Source: Armatimonadota bacterium (GTDB lineage: Bacteria; Armatimonadota; Zipacnadia; Zipacnadales; UBA5352). Taken from it: 17,396 nucleotides of DNA. Below are positions 15,222-17,396 of the stretch, piece after piece. The translations under genes and the position numbers were made by a program. Every line of letters starts with the position of its first letter. The first letter of the stretch is position 1. The DNA lies in NCBI GenBank assembly GCA_034722055.1, contig JAYENL010000321.1:1-17396 (forward strand), given 5' to 3'. The notes below the pieces were generated by a model. The model ran no database searches. It had not been told where the DNA came from and was given only the letters and a program-made list of their open reading frames with translations.

Positions 15222-16562
15222 TCAGAACTCGGTGGCGCCCGAGAAGCGAAAGTCGTGGATCTTGAGGGCCGGCGCCCATGTTCGCCCGCAGAGCCGGCCG
15301 TCGCGACCGATCATGCTCACCCGCGAGAGGGCCTCCAGGATGCTCTCAGTGAAGCGCAGGTTGCGCACCGGGCCGGCCACCTCGCCGTCCTGGATGAGGA
15401 AGGTCCCGTCGCGCGTCATGCCGGTGAGGATGGCCTGGCGGGGGTTCACGAGGTTGGTGTAGTGAAACCGCGTGACCAGCAGCCCGCGGTCGGTGGCGGC
15501 GATCATCTCATACACGCCTGCACCGCCCGGCTGCAGAAAGATGTTCGTGGGGACCGCGCCCCAGGGGCTGTCCGGGGGCAGAGCGTGACCGGTCGAGCTC
15601 GCGCCCATCAGCGCCGCCGTGCGGGTGTCGTGCACCAGCCCGGTCGCCACGCCCTCAGTGACCAGCTCCACGCGGCGCTTCGGGACTCCCTCGAAGTCGA
15701 AGGACTGCCGCAGCGTGCGCGGATCGAGGCCATCGTCGAAGATCGTGACGTTCTCGCCGCAGACCTGTTCCCCCAAACGACCGCACAGCGGGCTGCGCCC
15801 TTCGTGCCAGGCGAGGGCGTTGAAGGCGGTGGAGCCCAGCGCCGACAGCAGGTCGGCGACGGCCGGGGGCTCCAGGATGACGTCGTAGCGCCCCGGCTCA
15901 ACCGCGGTCGGCGAGGCCGAGCGCGCGCACTTGTCGGCGGCAACCTCCGCCAGGGCTCGGGGCGCGATCTCCGAGGCGTCCTCGGAGTGCGCCTCGGCAT
16001 AGCCGCTGCTGTCGGCGCCCGAGAACACCATGCGGAGATTCGCATGTGTGGTCTCCTGCCAGGCGCGAAGCCCGCGCGAGTTCGCCACCGCCCGGGCGGT
16101 CACCGCGGCCGAGCAGGCGCCGGCTGCGGTCTGCCGGCGCTCTCGGGCGACCTCGATGCAGGTGCCTACGGCCTTCGCGCGCTCGGCCGGGCCGAACTCG
16201 GTGGTCGCCTGCACGCCCCGGAGCGGCTGCGGGACATCGCCGGGCTTGGGCAGGCCCGGGAACTGCTCGTCGGGGGTGGCCAGTGAGGCCAGCCGCCCGG
16301 CGCGCTCCGCCACGTCGGCCAGGCCGTCGGCGGAGGTGTCGTTGGTGGACGCCACCCCCACGCTGCTCCCCATCGCCGCCCGGACCGTGACCGAGGCGTT
16401 GGTTTCGGAGACGCTCTGGTGGATGTGATTGCCGGCGAAGCGGGTCAGCCCTGATCGCCGGGCCACCAAAAGCACCTCCGTGGCGTCCGCACTCGAGGCC
16501 GCCAGCGTCCCCTCGCAGATGTCCAGCGCCTCATCTCGGCCCATGATCAGCGCGTCACTCAT
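15222..16562 (-). CDS. pmbA: TldE/PmbA-family protein (non-catalytic partner of the TldD metalloprotease)
   Basis: ATG 16562 overlaps the tldD stop (ATGAGTGA). Motifs LTRFAGNHIHQ, EPGRYDVILEP, FDFEGVP, STGHA, TGMTRDGTFLIQDG, NLRFTES; no HExxxH. Confidence 0.88.
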   Translation of the reverse strand: MSDALIMGRDEALDICEGTLAASSADATEVLLVARRSGLTRFAGNHIHQSVSETNASVTVRAAMGSSVGVASTNDTSADGLADVAERAGRLASLATPDEQFPGLPKPGDVPQPLRGVQATTEFGPAERAKAVGTCIEVARERRQTAAGACSAAVTARAVANSRGLRAWQETTHANLRMVFSGADSSGYAEAHSEDASEIAPRALAEVAADKCARSASPTAVEPGRYDVILEPPAVADLLSALGSTAFNALAWHEGRSPLCGRLGEQVCGENVTIFDDGLDPRTLRQSFDFEGVPKRRVELVTEGVATGLVHDTRTAALMGASSTGHALPPDSPWGAVPTNIFLQPGGAGVYEMIAATDRGLLVTRFHYTNLVNPRQAILTGMTRDGTFLIQDGEVAGPVRNLRFTESILEALSRVSMIGRDGRLCGRTWAPALKIHDFRFSGATEF

Positions 16563-17394
16563 CCTCGACCACTCCCACCTGCACGCCGCGGAACCGAGCC
16601 GCCGACACACCGTGGCCGACGTGGGCGATCTGCCCCGGCTCGCCCTTGCCGCAGTTGGGCAGGCCCCAGACGGTCCACGAGTCCTCGTCGGCGACGGCGT
16701 CGCAGGAGCGCCAGAACTCGGGCGTGATGCCCGTGTAAGTGGGGTTGCGCACCATGCCGGCGATCTCGCCATCCTCGATCAGCCAGCCGATCTCGCAGCC
16801 GAACTGAAAGTTCAGCCGCCGATCATCGATGCTCCAGCTCAGGTTATCCTCCATGAGGATTCCCCGCTCGGTGGAGGCGATGATCTCCTCACGCGGCGTA
16901 TCGCCGGGCTCAAGATTGATGTTCGTCATACGGATCAGCGGCAGCCGCGCCCAGCCGTCGGCGCGCATGCAGCCGTTGCTGCCGGGCAGGCCGAGCTGGG
17001 CTGCCGTCTCTCGGGAGGTGAGGTAGCCGGTGAAGATGCCGTCGCTGACGATCATGCTCCGCTGTGATGGCACGCCTTCGTCATCGTAGGCGAAGGAGCC
17101 CAGGCCGCCGGGGATGGTGGCGTCGGCGGTGATGGTGACGATATCGGAGCCGTAGCGGAAGCTGCCCAGCTTCTCCGGCGTCAGAAAGCTGGTCCCCGCG
17201 AAGCTGGCCTCCGTGCCCAGGACGCGGTCGAGCTCGATGGGATGGCCGCAGGACTCGTGGAGCTGCAGGGCGAGCTGGCCGCGGCCGAGGATGAGATCCA
17301 TCCGGCCGCTGGGGCAGGCCGGGGCATCGATGAGCTGCCGGGCCTCGGCGGCGACGCGAGGGGCGTGCTCGGCAAGCTCCAGCTCCTCCACGAC
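16555..17394 (-). CDS. tldD: TldD-family metalloprotease, 5' end off the window
   Basis: Zn-binding LHESCGHPIELDR, YDDEGVP, PLIRMTN, C-terminal CGKGEP metal-ligand Cys motif. Confidence 0.93.
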   Translation of the reverse strand, partial: VVEELELAEHAPRVAAEARQLIDAPACPSGRMDLILGRGQLALQLHESCGHPIELDRVLGTEASFAGTSFLTPEKLGSFRYGSDIVTITADATIPGGLGSFAYDDEGVPSQRSMIVSDGIFTGYLTSRETAAQLGLPGSNGCMRADGWARLPLIRMTNINLEPGDTPREEIIASTERGILMEDNLSWSIDDRRLNFQFGCEIGWLIEDGEIAGMVRNPTYTGITPEFWRSCDAVADEDSWTVWGLPNCGKGEPGQIAHVGHGVSAARFRGVQVGVVEDE

Positions 17395-17396
17395 CT

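Overview
GC-rich bacterial chromosomal window (roughly 70% GC by eye, strong GC3 bias) made up mostly of housekeeping genes. I see no mobile element, CRISPR array, rRNA or tRNA. From left to right: (-) a ribosomal protein S5 (rpsE) gene that the ORF track misses because it runs off the left edge. It has no rplR upstream, has its own sigma70-type promoter and structured leader, a diverged loop 2 and a long Glu-rich C-terminal tail. (+) a membrane-anchored helical protein with an acidic tail; a 14-unit HEAT/PBS-lyase-like repeat protein; a lipoprotein with an acidic tail; dnaE; and a partial histidine cluster hisD-hisB-hisH-hisA-hisF-(type I PRTase)-hisI. (-) a tightly coupled tldD-tldE/pmbA-SAM methyltransferase-SDR operon converging on hisI. 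The most notable signals are the independently promoted, remodelled S5, a probable CTG start for hisD, and SD-sequestering RNA structures in front of both IGP-synthase subunit genes (hisH and hisF). None is demonstrated to be a new system; they are candidates for follow-up.
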